A DNA stretch of 64,000 bases from Lingula anatina (Eukaryota; Animalia; Brachiopoda), in assembly GCA_051362555.1 (NCBI GenBank), contig CM120640.1:58568788-58632787 (forward strand), written 5' to 3'. Under the pieces are notes generated by a model. It was not told where the DNA came from and made no database searches. It saw only the letters and a program-made list of their open reading frames with translations. The position numbers and the translations under genes were made by a program. Every line of letters begins with the position of its first letter. Positions within the stretch are counted from its first letter, which is position 1. Positions 12,484-26,264 of this stretch are shown here, piece by piece.

Positions 12484-13024
12484 CATCTAAAATACATAGT
12501 TGACAGGTTTTTAATTTTATTTGTGTCTGTTTACCTTCCAGTTTCTAAAGCTTGATTACGTGATGAAAGTAAATTTGGCAGTTAATTCCTTATATTTCTG
12601 TGTAATTAGTTACTCTTTCAAGGACGATCTAAAATTATCTGACATATTTTTGTGAAAAATTAATGACAAGCCGAGTGTCTCCAGTTCATTCTGTACTCGA
12701 ATTACCTAATGAAAATTTACTTGTTAAGTAGATCTTTGTAGCACACTGTTAAAATACAATTTTTCGAGGAGCAGATTTAAATCAATATTAAAAAACCATA
12801 GCTTCATACTTAAAAGGAGTGGGTATCTCCCAGTTTCATAGGATACTAAGTTATTTATATGTACAATGAAGTAAGTTATCACTAGTGCTCCTTTTTACAC
12901 CCAATATTCTTTTAAAAAATCCGTATGTGCCTTTCTTATATCCCTACCATTTTAAATCTCTATGCATAATTTAAAATATACTAACGTACTGGTATCAAAT
13001 ACCGTATCAAATCGTATCAAATAC

Positions 13025-13180
13025 CCAGCGGACAAATTATGTTGTTTTAACGTTGAAACAACGTTGAACCATAACATTGAAAAGACATTGAATAAACGTT
13101 GGATTTGAAAGTTGTGTCAATCTCAGATAACAACGTTATATCAACGTCAGAAAACAATGTTATATCAACCCCACCCAGCA
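13025..13180. mobile_element. Fragment of a CCCAG-terminal MITE family with aacgtt subterminal repeats
   Basis: Starts cccagcggacaaa and contains repeated caacgttg/aacgtt motifs like the complete element at 29677-29774. Confidence 0.5.
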
Positions 13181-13327
13181 GGAAATTTGCCTGGAAGTGT
13201 TTAGCAGTAGGACATGTTTGATGGCTAAACATATGTAGGGTATAAATGTATGGCCTTTAAGTTAAAATATCCAAGGTTTAGATTAGTATGTATAGATCTT
13301 TTCTTATATATTTATGGTGACATAATC

Positions 13328-14468
13328 TACACAGACCTAAGCTCTCATATCACAGTGAGGGATTACAATTAGGGACTCCTTTTATCTTTGGGAGTTTGGG
13401 GTCAATTGGTACATTTTCACGGGAGAAGCAGCCATTAGATGCTGAAACTGAAAAACTCTCTCTTATTCTGGAACCATAAATGCTAGAGACCTCTTGTTTG
13501 TTGCATTTTGTAGAGCTTGTCAATGCCAATACTGGCAGTGATGTCCGTTTTTTGTTTTCAATACAGTTTAGGAGTTGCGCTATATCAAAAAGTACAATGT
13601 TGCAAGACTTAGTGGTGAAAATAAGATGTGAAATACTCCAAAATTAGCAGAGATACGTCCATAGTTACTATTGAACTTGAATAGGAAGTCATATACTGGC
13701 TATCTAACTGTGACCTTGAAATTGTCCTTTGACCTACTTAATTTTCACCATGAACTGAACTTTGCAAATTTTCTATCCTTTATATCTCGAAAAACTGGCC
13801 AAGATATGAACTTGGATAGGAAGACATATAATGCCAATCTAACGGTGACTTTGAAATTGACCTTTGACCTACTTTTCACCATGAACTGCACTTTGCATAT
13901 TTTCTGCCCCTCATATCTTCAAATCTGGCAGAGATATGCCTGGTGTTGGTCTCCTGGGATTCCTTTTTATTCAACATATATGCAACACTGATAACACATT
14001 TCAAGGAAAACCCATATGCAGAGGCGGATTCAGGCCGTCTTCTGGGTCTTCCGGAAGACGGTCAGATTTTCAATTTTTCATTGATGGGTATCTAATTTTT
14101 TCTGTCGGAAGACGGTTAAAAATGGAGGCTGGATCAACAAAGATAATTTGGAAGACTGTCAGAAAAAATCTCTGGATCCGCCCCTGCATATGTGTACTGT
14201 CTTGAAAATCACAGAAGTGATCAATATTACAAAAATACAGGTTAATTCGAAAATAAGCTCGATCAGACTATTTTTACAGTTATACTGTTTTTTCACTTCA
14301 TTTTGCATATTTTGAGAACTCTTATTTATTGCATTTTATAGAGCTTGTCAAGCTCAACACTGGTGGTGGTGGTGGTGGTGGCCCATTTTTTTGGTTTTCC
14401 ATACGAATGCGCTTACTCCAGCTGGTGGTATTATAACAGGAGGTGGTATCGCCTCTCTGATCCTCTAG
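13328..14468 (+). mobile_element. Helentron/HINE-like element, copy B (5'-truncated, opposite orientation, ~2 repeat units)
   Basis: Reverse complement of copy A 5393-6655. Ends gaggtggtatcgcctc tctgatcct CTAG|tt. Confidence 0.78.
14019..14186. mobile_element. MITE nested in HINE copy B
   Basis: TIRs cagaggcggattcag / ctggatccgcccctg, flanked by catatg on both sides. Absent from the equivalent position of copy A (~5675). Confidence 0.78.
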
Positions 14469-15406
14469 TTTATAGTGGTGACAACTATTCCTTGTAAGTA
14501 GGCTAACATCACATCCACCTTTCCATTGATGACAGTATGACTAGACCTGAGGAATGTGTGACAAGGCATCAGTATTTCAAACTTACTCCCTGGCCTCATT
14601 TTCACAAAAATACTTAAAAGTTGGCTAAAGTAACATCTTTGTTACCAATATTTAATGGATACAAGCACACATCTTACCCTATCAGGAACAGTGTTACAGC
14701 ACTCTCATGGAAGTCCTAGTCAACTAAATCTGAGTACTGACTAAAGTTTTTTTCTTTGTGAAATGGACCTGATCTATCACATTTTTTCACTATTTATTTT
14801 TATGTTCACTATTCTCCTTGTTTATATACCCTGTATCTATGTCATTGCTTATTCCAATGAAATAAGTGATAAAGTTCTATTGTTGTAATGTAGGTTAACT
14901 TATCAGATAGCTGACAATGTTAAATAGAAGGGTGACCTTGGGCATTGGGAGCTAAAAATATTAGTATAGTTAATCAACTTGGTCTATACAGCAAGAGTTT
15001 TAAAATATTTACCAGTGGAGCAAATCTGCCAAGTGCCACAAACTGCAATACCCAGACAAATACAAGTTGAAGACCAATTTTTTTTCTACTTGGCTTACAG
15101 GCCTCATAAATGAAAATTGCCTGGTTTAATAGTGCTGTACATGACACTTTTTTTGTCGTCTAAGGTCAACCATCTGCTACATGTTCAGCAATCTTATAAA
15201 GTGCCTATTAATTTGTTCTAATCAAACTAGGTTAGGGTTGATAAGTGAAACATGTTGCAGATGTGTTATGTCAACTTAAATCAACTCTATGACGGCTTGA
15301 TAAGCTTCTGCTCTGCCCTGTTTTTTTTTTATCGTCAATTAAACTGCTATTTAAATTGGTGTAAGATACTGATTGGTTTGCATTATTACTCCAAAACTAT
15401 CACAGG

Positions 15407-15660
15407 ATGTTCAGACCAGTAAAATTTAGCATTAATAAAAATGAAAATTTATTCAATCAGAGACGCGGGCTTGGGCGCACGAAGCGTAATAAGTTTCATT
15501 AGAAGTTTATATCTCTTATCTAATGTTAATCTTTTTTTATCTCATCATGAAGGCATGTTCAGACCAGTAAAATTTAGCATTAATAAAAATGAAAATTTTT
15601 TCGATCAGAGTCGAGAAGTTTATAGAAGTTTTTATCTCTAATCTAACGTTAATCTTTTTC
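15407..15660 (+). repeat. Two-unit tandem duplication (~149-bp spacing)
   Basis: atgttcagaccagtaaaatttagcattaataaaaatgaaaattt occurs at ~15407 and ~15556, with matching downstream blocks. Confidence 0.75.
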
Positions 15661-16784
15661 TTGTCTTCTTTAATTATAGTAAAGTCACAATAAAGATATG
15701 TCTGTCACGCCAAGTTAGGTATAAAATCAGGCTACAACCTGACCATTAATGAGTTTTGATTTTGGTAACTAAACAGTGGTGTTGCATTACTTTTTACTCC
15801 GGGCATAACCCAAGTTGGGAATCGCGTACCGTACCTCGAATCTTCCAGCGTAGGATTAGAGCCCCTAGCGTTTAGGTTATACCTTCGGTAGGAGACAATA
15901 GGTCTGAGTTGCTTCTCCAGCAGGTACACTATAACAAAACAGCTGTATGATTTCAATTGCTCTTTGCTGCAGTCTTCCACAGTGCTATTGTTTGACCACT
16001 AGGTGGAGTTGTGGTCAAAATGATGTTATCGACTGGACTAAGCCTGTCTGACTCATCTCTACATTTGTTTCTCTGGCTGAGAGATCTGGAGTCTCCTAGG
16101 ATAGCACGAACAATCCTGTATCTACGTCATTGCTTATTCCAATGAAAGAAGTGATATTGTCCAAAAGATAATGAGGCAAACGATATGTTAGATTACCTTA
16201 ATGTGCAGAAATTTTCAACTGCTCTTTTCTGCAGCCTTCCTCAGTGCTATTGTTTGACCACTAGGTGGAGTATGTCCCCGTCCTATAAAAGGTAGCTTGC
16301 TCTTAGCCTGGGCCAACTTTAGAACAGGAATCTTCTTTAAAAAATCAATGCCATTTGTGGCTATTTCTTCCCTCAATCTTTGCTGAAACTTAAAATTACA
16401 TCTTAAACTTGTAAATGCATGATTATCATTCATATGATAATATTTAACTATACGTATTTTAGATTTGTACTTTGTATATTAATCAAAGTACAAATGTCAA
16501 TAAATGACATTTTCAACTATGAAGGCAGATAAGTAGGTCAATTTACGACCAAAAATTTGATGAAAAGCAGTTTTAAAGCACTTTAGATTTTATGGCTGAT
16601 CTGATGATTAAAATTGTATATCCCTTGGCATATCACTTTATTTTAGTCATATAAGAAACTAGTTGAAGTGATCTATGTGCGTAACCAGAAATCCATTCTC
16701 ACTTTACATGTAGCTTTAAGCAAAGGCATTTTTTCTTGACCAATAAAATCAGAAGTTAGCCTTCATATAATAAAGTTTTTGTTA

Positions 16785-17086
16785 GGCTGCATTCACATCG
16801 CGTTGAGCCATGGCTCTACAAAGCCACGAACTAAATATGACGGACGTACATGAAAGGAAAACCGCCTAATCTTTTAATAATCTCTCCGCCTCTCACATGC
16901 CTCCCCATGCGTCGTCCCTGCGGGGGTACAGTCATTAAATCTCGGCTCCATTGGGACGACACATGGGGAGGCATGTGAGAGGCGGAAAAACTATTAAAAG
17001 ATTAGGCGGTTTTCTTTCCATGTATGTCCGCCATATTTAGTTCGTGACTTTGTAGAGCCTTGGCTCAACTCGTTGTGTACGCAGTC
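16785..17086. mobile_element. Long fold-back MITE (PIF/Harbinger-like)
   Basis: ~135-bp inverted arms (ggctgcattcaca...ccccatgcgtcgtccc / gggacgacacatgggg...tgtacgcagtc), TTA on both flanks. Confidence 0.82.
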
Positions 17087-17671
17087 TTATAGTATTTGAA
17101 AGCTGTTGATTGGAGACTGATTTTTGTAGTTTGCAAATCATTCCTAGTCTTTAATAGCAATTAACTGTTGAGATCATGATCTCCTAACTGTTTGGGTTTA
17201 AGATTCTTTTTGGAAAAGCATTGATATGAGCTGAATTCCATAACTACGGTGAACAAATGGAGTAACATGGTCCTCTTTAGTGAACTTTATAAATTGTTCC
17301 TATATTTATTTATAGTGGTAACAACCAATCCTTGGAAGTAGGCTAACATCACATCCATTGATGACAGTACCTTTTTTACATATATTGATGACTATACCTG
17401 AGGAATGTGTGACAAAAGGCATCAGCATTTCAAACTTAGCCCCTGGCCTCATGAAAAAAATCTTAAGTTGGATTCCCTGGCTAATATCTTTAAGTTACCA
17501 ACATTAACCAACATTAAAGGAACAGTGTTCCAGCACTCTCATGGAAGTCCTAGTCAACTAAGCTGGAGAACTGACCTAATTTTTTTTTTTTTTGGTCATA
17601 TTTTTCTGTCATATTTTCACACATTTTTTTGTTTACTATTCTCAATGTTTGCATGTCCTTATTTGTATCTA

Positions 17672-17903
17672 GGAGACCATTCCCACAGATATTTAAATTA
17701 GATCGATCTATCCCCGTGGGGAGTACTCACTAGATTGCTCTCAGCTTAACCAGCTTAAATGTCTGACCCACCTACTAAAATCTGTAAGGGGGTTATTAAC
17801 TTTTGTGCGCGCTCAGCTCCCGGAAGCTGATAGCCACTTAGCGTGAACCCCCAGGGAGTTAGGTAGATCCAGATTGTTCGATCTAAATCTGTGGGAACCC
17901 AGT
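17672..17903. mobile_element. MITE; second copy inverted at 40843-41056
   Basis: TIR-like ends ttcccacagat..ttagatcga / tcgatctaaatctgtgggaa. It interrupts one copy of the local duplication (empty site ctgtatctatgtcattgctt at ~14831). Confidence 0.72.
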
Positions 17904-20900
17904 CTAGGTCATTGCTTTCTCCAAAGAAAAAAGTGATATGTTCTAATGTTAAAATGTGGGTTAACCTATCAGATAGCTTAGATTGTTAAATAGAGAGGTG
18001 CCTTTGGGCATTGAGAGCAAAATAAATGTTAGTAGTTAATCAATGTGGTCTATACAACAACAGTTTTCAAATACTCACCAATGAAACAAGTCTGTCAAGT
18101 TAAAAAAAAAAAAAAAAAAAAAACTGGTTTATATATATGCTTTTAATGTCAGTGCATATCCCATAAATAATGACTAGAGATCATAGTGTTACTATACTAG
18201 AGGAATATGTGACAAGATATCAGCATTTAGCATACTTTCCGCCCTATCTAACCCAATTCCATGATTAAATTGTTATAAGTTCGCCTATTCTCCATGCTAA
18301 CATACCATTATCTGTATCTTGGTCTGTGCTTACTCCAGTAAAAAAAACTATAAAAAGTATGATTGTTTATGTGGAGTTCTTGTTGACAAGGTTCTAGAAC
18401 TTCTATGGCTATTATGTGGGTTAACTATACAGAAAGCTGCTGTTTAACTAGAGCCTATTCTGATAAAATTAACTACCTGATAAAGTAAAAGTGAATTTAA
18501 GTTTGAACAGGACGTTCTGTTTTCTTTCTAGAATGTACCTTTCTCTCTTTTAGGCCATTTTGCTTATCCTCTACCAGGTCCACTGATTGATTTTTCACTA
18601 AATGTTCACAGAAAATGTCTCTGGCTAAATATGGTCTATCTTCTAACTGTGGCTGGTGGAAAATGTACCTATAATATCTGCTGCCCTGTTAGAGGATACA
18701 TTTTGCTTGACTTGAATAAACTTATTGAACCGGTGAGGCATTGTTGTGATTTCTTAATAAAACACATTGCAGTCTGTAAAAGAATCTCTGTAAACAGAGA
18801 GCTTTTAAAGGAAGGGTTCCATAGTTATTACATGGGTTTGCTATACAACTAGTAAGTAAACTGTGATTGATAAATGGAGGGGCTACCTTCTAAGTTGGAA
18901 GTTTGCAAAAGATTTGTTGCTGTAAATAGATTTTCACAAATTTGCATAGTGAAATTCATTCTTTTGGAAGAGAGTTTGTGGCAGACCAAAAAATGTTGCT
19001 CATGGTCGGTCAGCAAAGAAATACTTCTAGTATTACACATTAATCAACTTGTTAATCAGCTTTGTGTCAACAACAATATTATTTAGCAAAAAGAAAAAAA
19101 AAAGTCTGTCAAATACTGAAATAATAAATCCCCATGTCATTGTTGTACATATTATATTTTTAAGTTGTACCTTTTCGTAAGATCCATGAATATACCATTA
19201 AAATTGCTCCTTTTGGTAAAATCCATGAATACACAATTAAAATAAACATAAAACACAGTTCACCTACCTTTTGGCTTGTTTGCTTTGCAGTAAGTCATTT
19301 AATTCATTACATCATCTATTCATGTTAAATTTAAACGATTACCATATTTTTTAGTCTATTTCATAAAATAGAAACAAAATAAAGCAAAAAAACTTTGATT
19401 TTTTTATCCCTGATGCTCCAGAGTTTTAACTCAACTTAAAATTGCCAATTTCTTGCAGAGTGAACAAGATGTATCCTGCAAGAGAAAATGCCTTTATGAT
19501 GCTGATACATGTTGACCAGGTACTTGGAAACCACTGTCCATTATATTTCATCAGACCTTGATCAATCTATCCTACTTTTGTTTCAGGATTTGCTAAAATT
19601 TGTTTAATACTTGTTTTTAACAAATGTGAATATATGGTTTTCACAAAATATTAGCCAAATTACCTTTGTGAGTGTGTTTATAATTAATATCAAATGTTAC
19701 TTATTACATGTAAATTGATTTTGAATATGCCTTGGATGTTTGTAATATATAATGTCTGTTATAAGAATTTGAAGACTTGCAATTGAATATTTTCTCAGGA
19801 GCGTGCTCTGACCTACCTTGTAAGCTGCATAGACCAAGTGACATCATTTGGAGACATTCTCCAGTTGGTTATAGTGGAACTTATCTACAAGGTAATAAAC
19901 TGTGACCCTCCAGTTTTAGTTGGGAAGTGTGAAAAACTATGTATATTTAGAATGTATTAAAGAATTTATCAGTGCCCTTCTTACTTTCCCTCTCCCCAGT
20001 TTCAAGGTGTGTCATTCTTATTTTCATAAATGCTCATTTTCCTAATGTGTTAGGTGTGCCATGCCAATCCATCTGAGAGATCCCGCTTCATTCGCTGTAT
20101 TTACAATCTACTGAATTCCTCCAGTCCAGCTGTGAGGTATGAGCTAGGTGGCCGGCACCTTGGTCACTCTATCCAGTGCTCCAACAGCAATCAAAATGAG
20201 TAGAGGAATAAACCTATTGAATTAGACTGGTTTGTAATGATCAAAGCTAAGCTTTAAAATATGTAAGAACATATCACTGGTTGACAAAATTACATGAGAA
20301 ATAGGTTTAGTATTTTTTGGTGAGTTACCTGTAGTTCTTATCTTTGCACTGACAGAATGTTTCCCATTTCGAATTTATAATGCTTGCAAGCAAGGGCCAA
20401 AGACCAGAACAATTTTTCTTAAAAGCCTCTTTCCAGTGTTGGTTGCTTAATTACTGTAAGCTGGTGACTCTATAGACGTTACCACTTAATATTGGAATAA
20501 TAATAATTTCCTATTATTTAAGACAGCTGTTACATTGAACTTATTGTGAAGGAGAGTGGCAACAATGTGAAGCTTATTGTGTTGGACAGGTTGATTGCCT
20601 TGAAAGAGGTACCATCACATGAGAAAGTGATGCAGGTGTAAACAGTATATTTTACAATATGATTAGTGTAATCTCTATGTAAGTCACAAAGGTAGTCAGT
20701 AAAAGTTATTATAGAAGTTTTAAGTAAGAGGAATATTGATGAAAGTTTCATATCTCTTTTGCAGTCTACTGGCCAAATTCTCTCTCTCTTTCCTAGGAAA
20801 TTGTACTTGTTCTGTATGCCAAATTTTATGTGTATCAGAAGTAGTAAGGGTAAATTATGTTATCATGGAAGTTATTTTTTGTTTTAATAGGAACTTGTAA

Positions 20901-23900
20901 TGGACATCTTAAGAGTGTTGTCAGCTCCTGATCTTGAAGTACACAGAAAGACTCTGGAGTTATCACTGGACCTTATCACATCAAGGAATGTGGAAGAGGT
21001 ACCTATTTATTTGAGGAACTTTGATTTTGAATTAAAAAAATTTACAATGAAATTTAAACTTATGATTTATTTTGGTCATTGGAAACTTTAGATATCGTGA
21101 TGAACAAGAGATTAAAAAAAGAAATGGCCAATGCAGTCCCGTGGTTTATCTGACTTGAGTAGTTGTATTTTAAAGTGGAACAGCTTTACAGTGCATGCAA
21201 CTTTCATAATCAGAAGGTAATTCCTCCTATCTTTCCTGTCAGATGGTTTTGGTTCTGAAGAAGGAAGTGGTGAAGACTAACAACACAGTTGAGCAGGAGG
21301 ACACTGGCAAGTACCGCCAGCTGTTAGTCCGTACCCTCCACCAGTGCTGTGTGAGGTTCCCTGATGTGGCCCAGACTGTTATACCAGTGGTATGTACTAT
21401 TGTGGCAGGAGGTCTGAAAGATCTTTTCACAATTAAACTGACATAGACAGAAAAAAGTCTAAGACATAATCAACAATGAGATTGCACAGAGACCCATGTC
21501 ATAAAATAAAAGATGATAGTAATATATGATACTAATTTCCAAGTACTTAATTTGGTCTTTCTTGGAGATCAGTTAATCTTTTAGTGTCAGGTCAAGGTGT
21601 ATCAGTCTGCTCCATTTAATGTCAGACGTTATAGCTAAAAACTTGGAAAAAAGAAAAAAATAGTATGTGAACATGAAAATAATTGACATGCATTTTGTAT
21701 ATATTACAGTTGATGGAGTTTTTGAATGATGCTAATGAACTGGCTGCTTTGAATGTGTTGGTGTTTGTGCGTGAAGCCATGCAGAGATTTGAAGACCTGC
21801 ACCCTCTTGTGGTCAATAAGATGCTGGAAGTTTTCTCGTCAATTAAGTCTATCAAGTATGTAATTGCTTAAACTAGGCCTTAAGCATCATTATATTATTT
21901 ATTATTTTAAGTTCATTGGCACTTTTTTCAGATTCCAATTGTTGATGATGAAATAAGAAAAGCTGCAGGAGAAACTAAGGAAGATGGTAAGTTGTGTTAA
22001 TAATTTTAGATAAATTTCACTAAAAATCTAGTTGCATATAAAATGGACTTCCAGATATGGATGTGTAAAAAGGTGTCTCACTGTTGTTTCAAAGTGCAGA
22101 ACAGCTAGGAATTTCTTCAAATGTGCTGTTAATCATTTAATCCAGAATCCCAGGTGGCCCAGACTGGCACAGTGCAGAAGTTGGTGACAGAGCTCGGGAC
22201 TTATGCCACCCAGAGTGCATTTAGTACTGTCTCTGCTACCAAGGGAGCAGAGGAGAGGTAAGACCTTTTTACATACGTATACAGATCTCTCATCAGAACT
22301 TTCTTCTATATAGAATATTTTACACTATGGAATGATATTTGAAGTGTGCAATTTTGTACAAACAGTCTATATTATAGCTATGTAAATTTTATTCGGCTGA
22401 AACATAACCGAATACTTCCACTGTATGTTTTTAGAAATCAATATTATCATCGTGCAAGCTGATATTGCACTGACCTCCTGTAGTATATTGGAATCTTATG
22501 TTTCAGCATACTGATGTACACAATCAAAAAAATGTTTCACTTACAGTAAATGAAATTACAATTGTTCAGATAACTTTGAATTTACAATCAGTCCTATGCT
22601 TAAGTGAAGTGTAGTAGGTACAGTATACCATTAGCCTTACTGTATGCCTCACTTTAAGCATGAACTTTCTTTTCATTACTTAAGCTGTGGCATGCTAAAT
22701 CAGAATTATGTGATAATTAACATTTACTCCTGCCCATGATATGCTCTTCTCCATCGTGTTCAGCTAAATGCTATTTACTCCAAAACCAGGCCACCATTGA
22801 GGAAATGGCTGATGGAGGGAGACTTCTTTATTGGTGCTGCCCTGGCCAACACCCTCACTAAGCTTGCTTTGAGATACACCCAGGTTGTCACAGAACCGAG
22901 GAGACAAAATGTAAGAATTCTGGAGTAATCTTTAACTAAATGTTCTAAGAAATGTTGTAAAATCAAAAATAAATTTAAATAGCATGTGCTGTATATTAGT
23001 TTTTTCCTTGTTTTCCAAAGTAAACTGATAAAATGGAGAACTTGTCTTAATGAAAGTTTTCAAAAGTTGAGGTATTTTGTGTTTGAGTGAGTGAGTGTTT
23101 TATCATCATTGCCTAAGTTGCAGACTGAATTCATGACTATTTATCTCTGTTTTGTTTTTAATTTCCAGTCATTTGTAGCAGAGCGCATGCTGATTATGTC
23201 TACTATTATACACTTGGGGAAATCTGGCCTTTCTACACTGGTAAGACAATATGTTCTATAAAAATGTCATGCATTTTATATTATCTAGAAAAAAAAACAT
23301 TTGAGAATATTCTGCACATGAGAATTGCTTATCTATTTATTATGTTGTAGTAACTGCAATTTTAGGCTAATTCTAATTGAACACATCAACAAGCATTGGA
23401 TTGGCATCCAGTTTTGAGAGGCTTTTTGTTTGAAATTACATTTTGCAGTGTTCATTGTAGCTGAATATGTTTTCTACATTTAAGCCCATCAATGATGATG
23501 CCCTGGATCGCATTGCCCTGTGTTTGAAAGTGCTTTCTGAGAGATCCCCCAAGATGTACGAGATCTTCAACCAGCTGTGCAGAGAATCCTTGTCAGGCAT
23601 GCTGGCTGCCAAGGCAGAAGATGAGAGGCTCACACAAAAGGTACTGTAATGTTTTCCTCCAGTAAGAAGGACCAAGGTTCTTTAACTAGTGTATCTAGTA
23701 AATGTTACAAGTGCTATGAATCCTGAGTTATAATTTTTATCATGTTTTATCATATTTGAAGATTTAAGGCTAGTTGATTTATGCTATAAATGTTTTATTT
23801 AAACATTTTCTAATCATTTAAAGAAAATGACAGGTTGTCCCAATTTCTAGACCTTCTATTGCAATATTTTCATTTCTAGGCATCTGAATCTAAAACTGTG

Positions 23901-26264
23901 AAGATTCAAGCTGATGATCCCATCAGCTTCATTCAGTTGGCTGCTAAGAATGAATTTGGAACCACAGAGGTATACCTATCCTTTTACAATCCATAAACTT
24001 AATACTATGTCAGGAGAAATAGTCAGTTTCTGAATAATTATAGCCTGGTTTTGTCTGCATAGATTGATTATCACATTTGTGTAAAATACTAAGATAACAT
24101 ATACATAGTGAAATCTGTTTAACAAGTTTCTTATCCTCATTAACTAGTTTTTGTTGAAAAAATTTTAGAATATGTTTGAGCTGACTATGTCCCAGGCCTT
24201 AGGCACTGTACCTGGAAAGAAAGAAACAGACCCACTATTGTCATCAAAACTGAACAAGGTAAAATCATAGAAGTAAAATTTGAAAAATTTGTTTGTTATT
24301 GATTTTTAACTGAGTTTTCTTTCTCTTATAATTTTGTAAAGAATTTTTATTTTACTTATGAAAATACCACACTTTCTCATAGCATTGAATCAGAGATAAT
24401 TTATTGTGGATTTCACCAGAGGGGAAATTCATTATCAGGGTTGTGCGGAATGTTGTTATTATTACAAAACAATAAAATAAATATAAAATATATATAAAAT
24501 ATAAATAAATATAAAAAAGAGAATAATATCATTTCTTGTCATATGCTTTAGGTGACCCAGTTGACAGGATTCTCTGACCCAGTGTATGCTGACATAGTGT
24601 TAGATGTCCTCATTGTCAACCAGACTTCTGACACTCTCCAGAATCTGACACTGGAACTGGCAACACTTGGTAGGAGGCACATTTCTGCTTTTGTCATACT
24701 TTGTGACACTTACACATGTTGATGAGCAGTGTGTTTTTAAATTGAATCTGGCAACACTTGATAAGGTGTCTTATTATTGTTCAGTGATGTTCTAGGTCTC
24801 TTTGGATGTTTTTGCTGTGTTGTAATAGGTATATACTAGTGCATTGGTTTGTTAGCTGTTAGCTACTCTTGTGGACACTTCATAATAAAGTTTAAAGTAA
24901 GTCTTTTTAATACATGTTTACCAGTAGGTTTTCATATTTATTGAAGGAATAGAAATCCTTCATTTGCACAGCACTCAATACTGCTTTTTTTTCAACTTAA
25001 ATTTACTCTTCCTTTTTTCCTTATAATATACAAACATTGTGGCATATTTGTTCCATTGTCCAGCTGGAGCCAGCTAAACCCCTGTACCATTAGCATATAT
25101 TAATAGATATTAGAATGTTTTAAAACTTGCACTTTTAGGCATATGTATAGTGAATGTTTTTTTTTCCATTTGTAGAAATGATTCAGACTTGCATGGCACT
25201 TCTCCAACTATAATTTAAAACTATTTAAAATTTCTGAAAGAAAAAAGAAAAAAAAAGAATAACTCATCACCTTAATTAGTGCTCCTTGATATTTATGCAT
25301 TCCCATGATAGCTTATTGAACAATGATGCATGTTAAACATACTGGAATTATTTTGGATTTGAATAGATACTTAATGAATACCATTTTTGCCCAAATTGAA
25401 TGGATTTCTTTTGATGGGAGCAAACTTTTTGCCATCTCCTGTTCTAGTATCTACCAATTGACTTTGCTATTTAATTATGCTAAAACATTTATTTGATTCA
25501 GGCGATCTTAAACTGGTTGAAAAACCACAGCCGGTGATTATGGGTGCACATGATTTTTGCAACATCTAGGCCAATGTTAAAGTAGCCTCCACTGAAAATG
25601 GAATCATCTTTGGAAACATTGGTAAGTATGCCAGAAATCATTTATGTATTCAGATTTGACTTATAATCTGTAGATGACTTAAATGATAATTTTCCTTACA
25701 TAGAATATGATGTGAGTGGAGCAGCCAGTGACTGCAACTGTGTAGTGCTGAATGACATCCATATAGACATTATGGACTACATATAGTGCCTGCCTCGTGC
25801 ACAGACACAGAATACAGACAGATGTGGGCTGAGTTTGAGTGGGAAAACAAAGTCAGCGTCAACACTAATATATCTGATTTGAAAGAGTATCTGGAACACT
25901 TGATCAGCTCAACCAACATGAAATGTCTCACACCTGAAAAGGTAAACTTGGGCTTCAAAATATCATGTACTTCAGGAAATTGGTAAATCCTGTTTGTTTG
26001 CAGGTAAAGGTTGGTATGTGGTATTATGAAACCGTATATTGTAGTAAGTGGGTGGCAGTTTGTTTTCACTGATATTGCTGTCATCATTTTAAGTAATGAC
26101 ATTATGCATATTGACTGCAAACCCCCAAAATTGATTTATATTTGTTACATTTTTTTCTGTCCTTGGCTTAATTCAACATAATAGTTATAGACAATGATTT
26201 TATTATTACTCCCAGTAAAAATGCCATGTTAGTAATTCATTGTATAAAAAGCATTAACTTTGTT

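Larger units (their letters stand above)
14470..18450 (+). repeat. Dispersed local direct duplication (~14470-15060 vs ~17310-18100; weaker partial copies at ~16117-16160 and ~18170-18450)
   Basis: Shared blocks such as tatagtggt.acaac.a.tccttg.aagtaggctaacatcacatcc, cctgaggaatgtgtgacaa and cagcactctcatggaagtcctagtcaactaa. Confidence 0.75.

Noticed and set aside
15732-16433. ORFs 15732-15980 and 16215-16433, and a weak B-box-like stretch near 15850-15880
   Set aside because: No recognisable protein motif, stops in every plausible spliced frame, and no cloverleaf or A-box to support a tRNA or SINE call.
18539-19090. Cluster of short ORFs that might be an upstream exon of the PHYHIP-like gene
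   Set aside because: The minus-strand frame I followed is interrupted by stops and I see no homology.
22597-22662. Imperfect intronic hairpin as a candidate miRNA or snoRNA
   Set aside because: Arms are mismatched, no box motifs were recognised, and the window is full of decayed palindromic MITEs.
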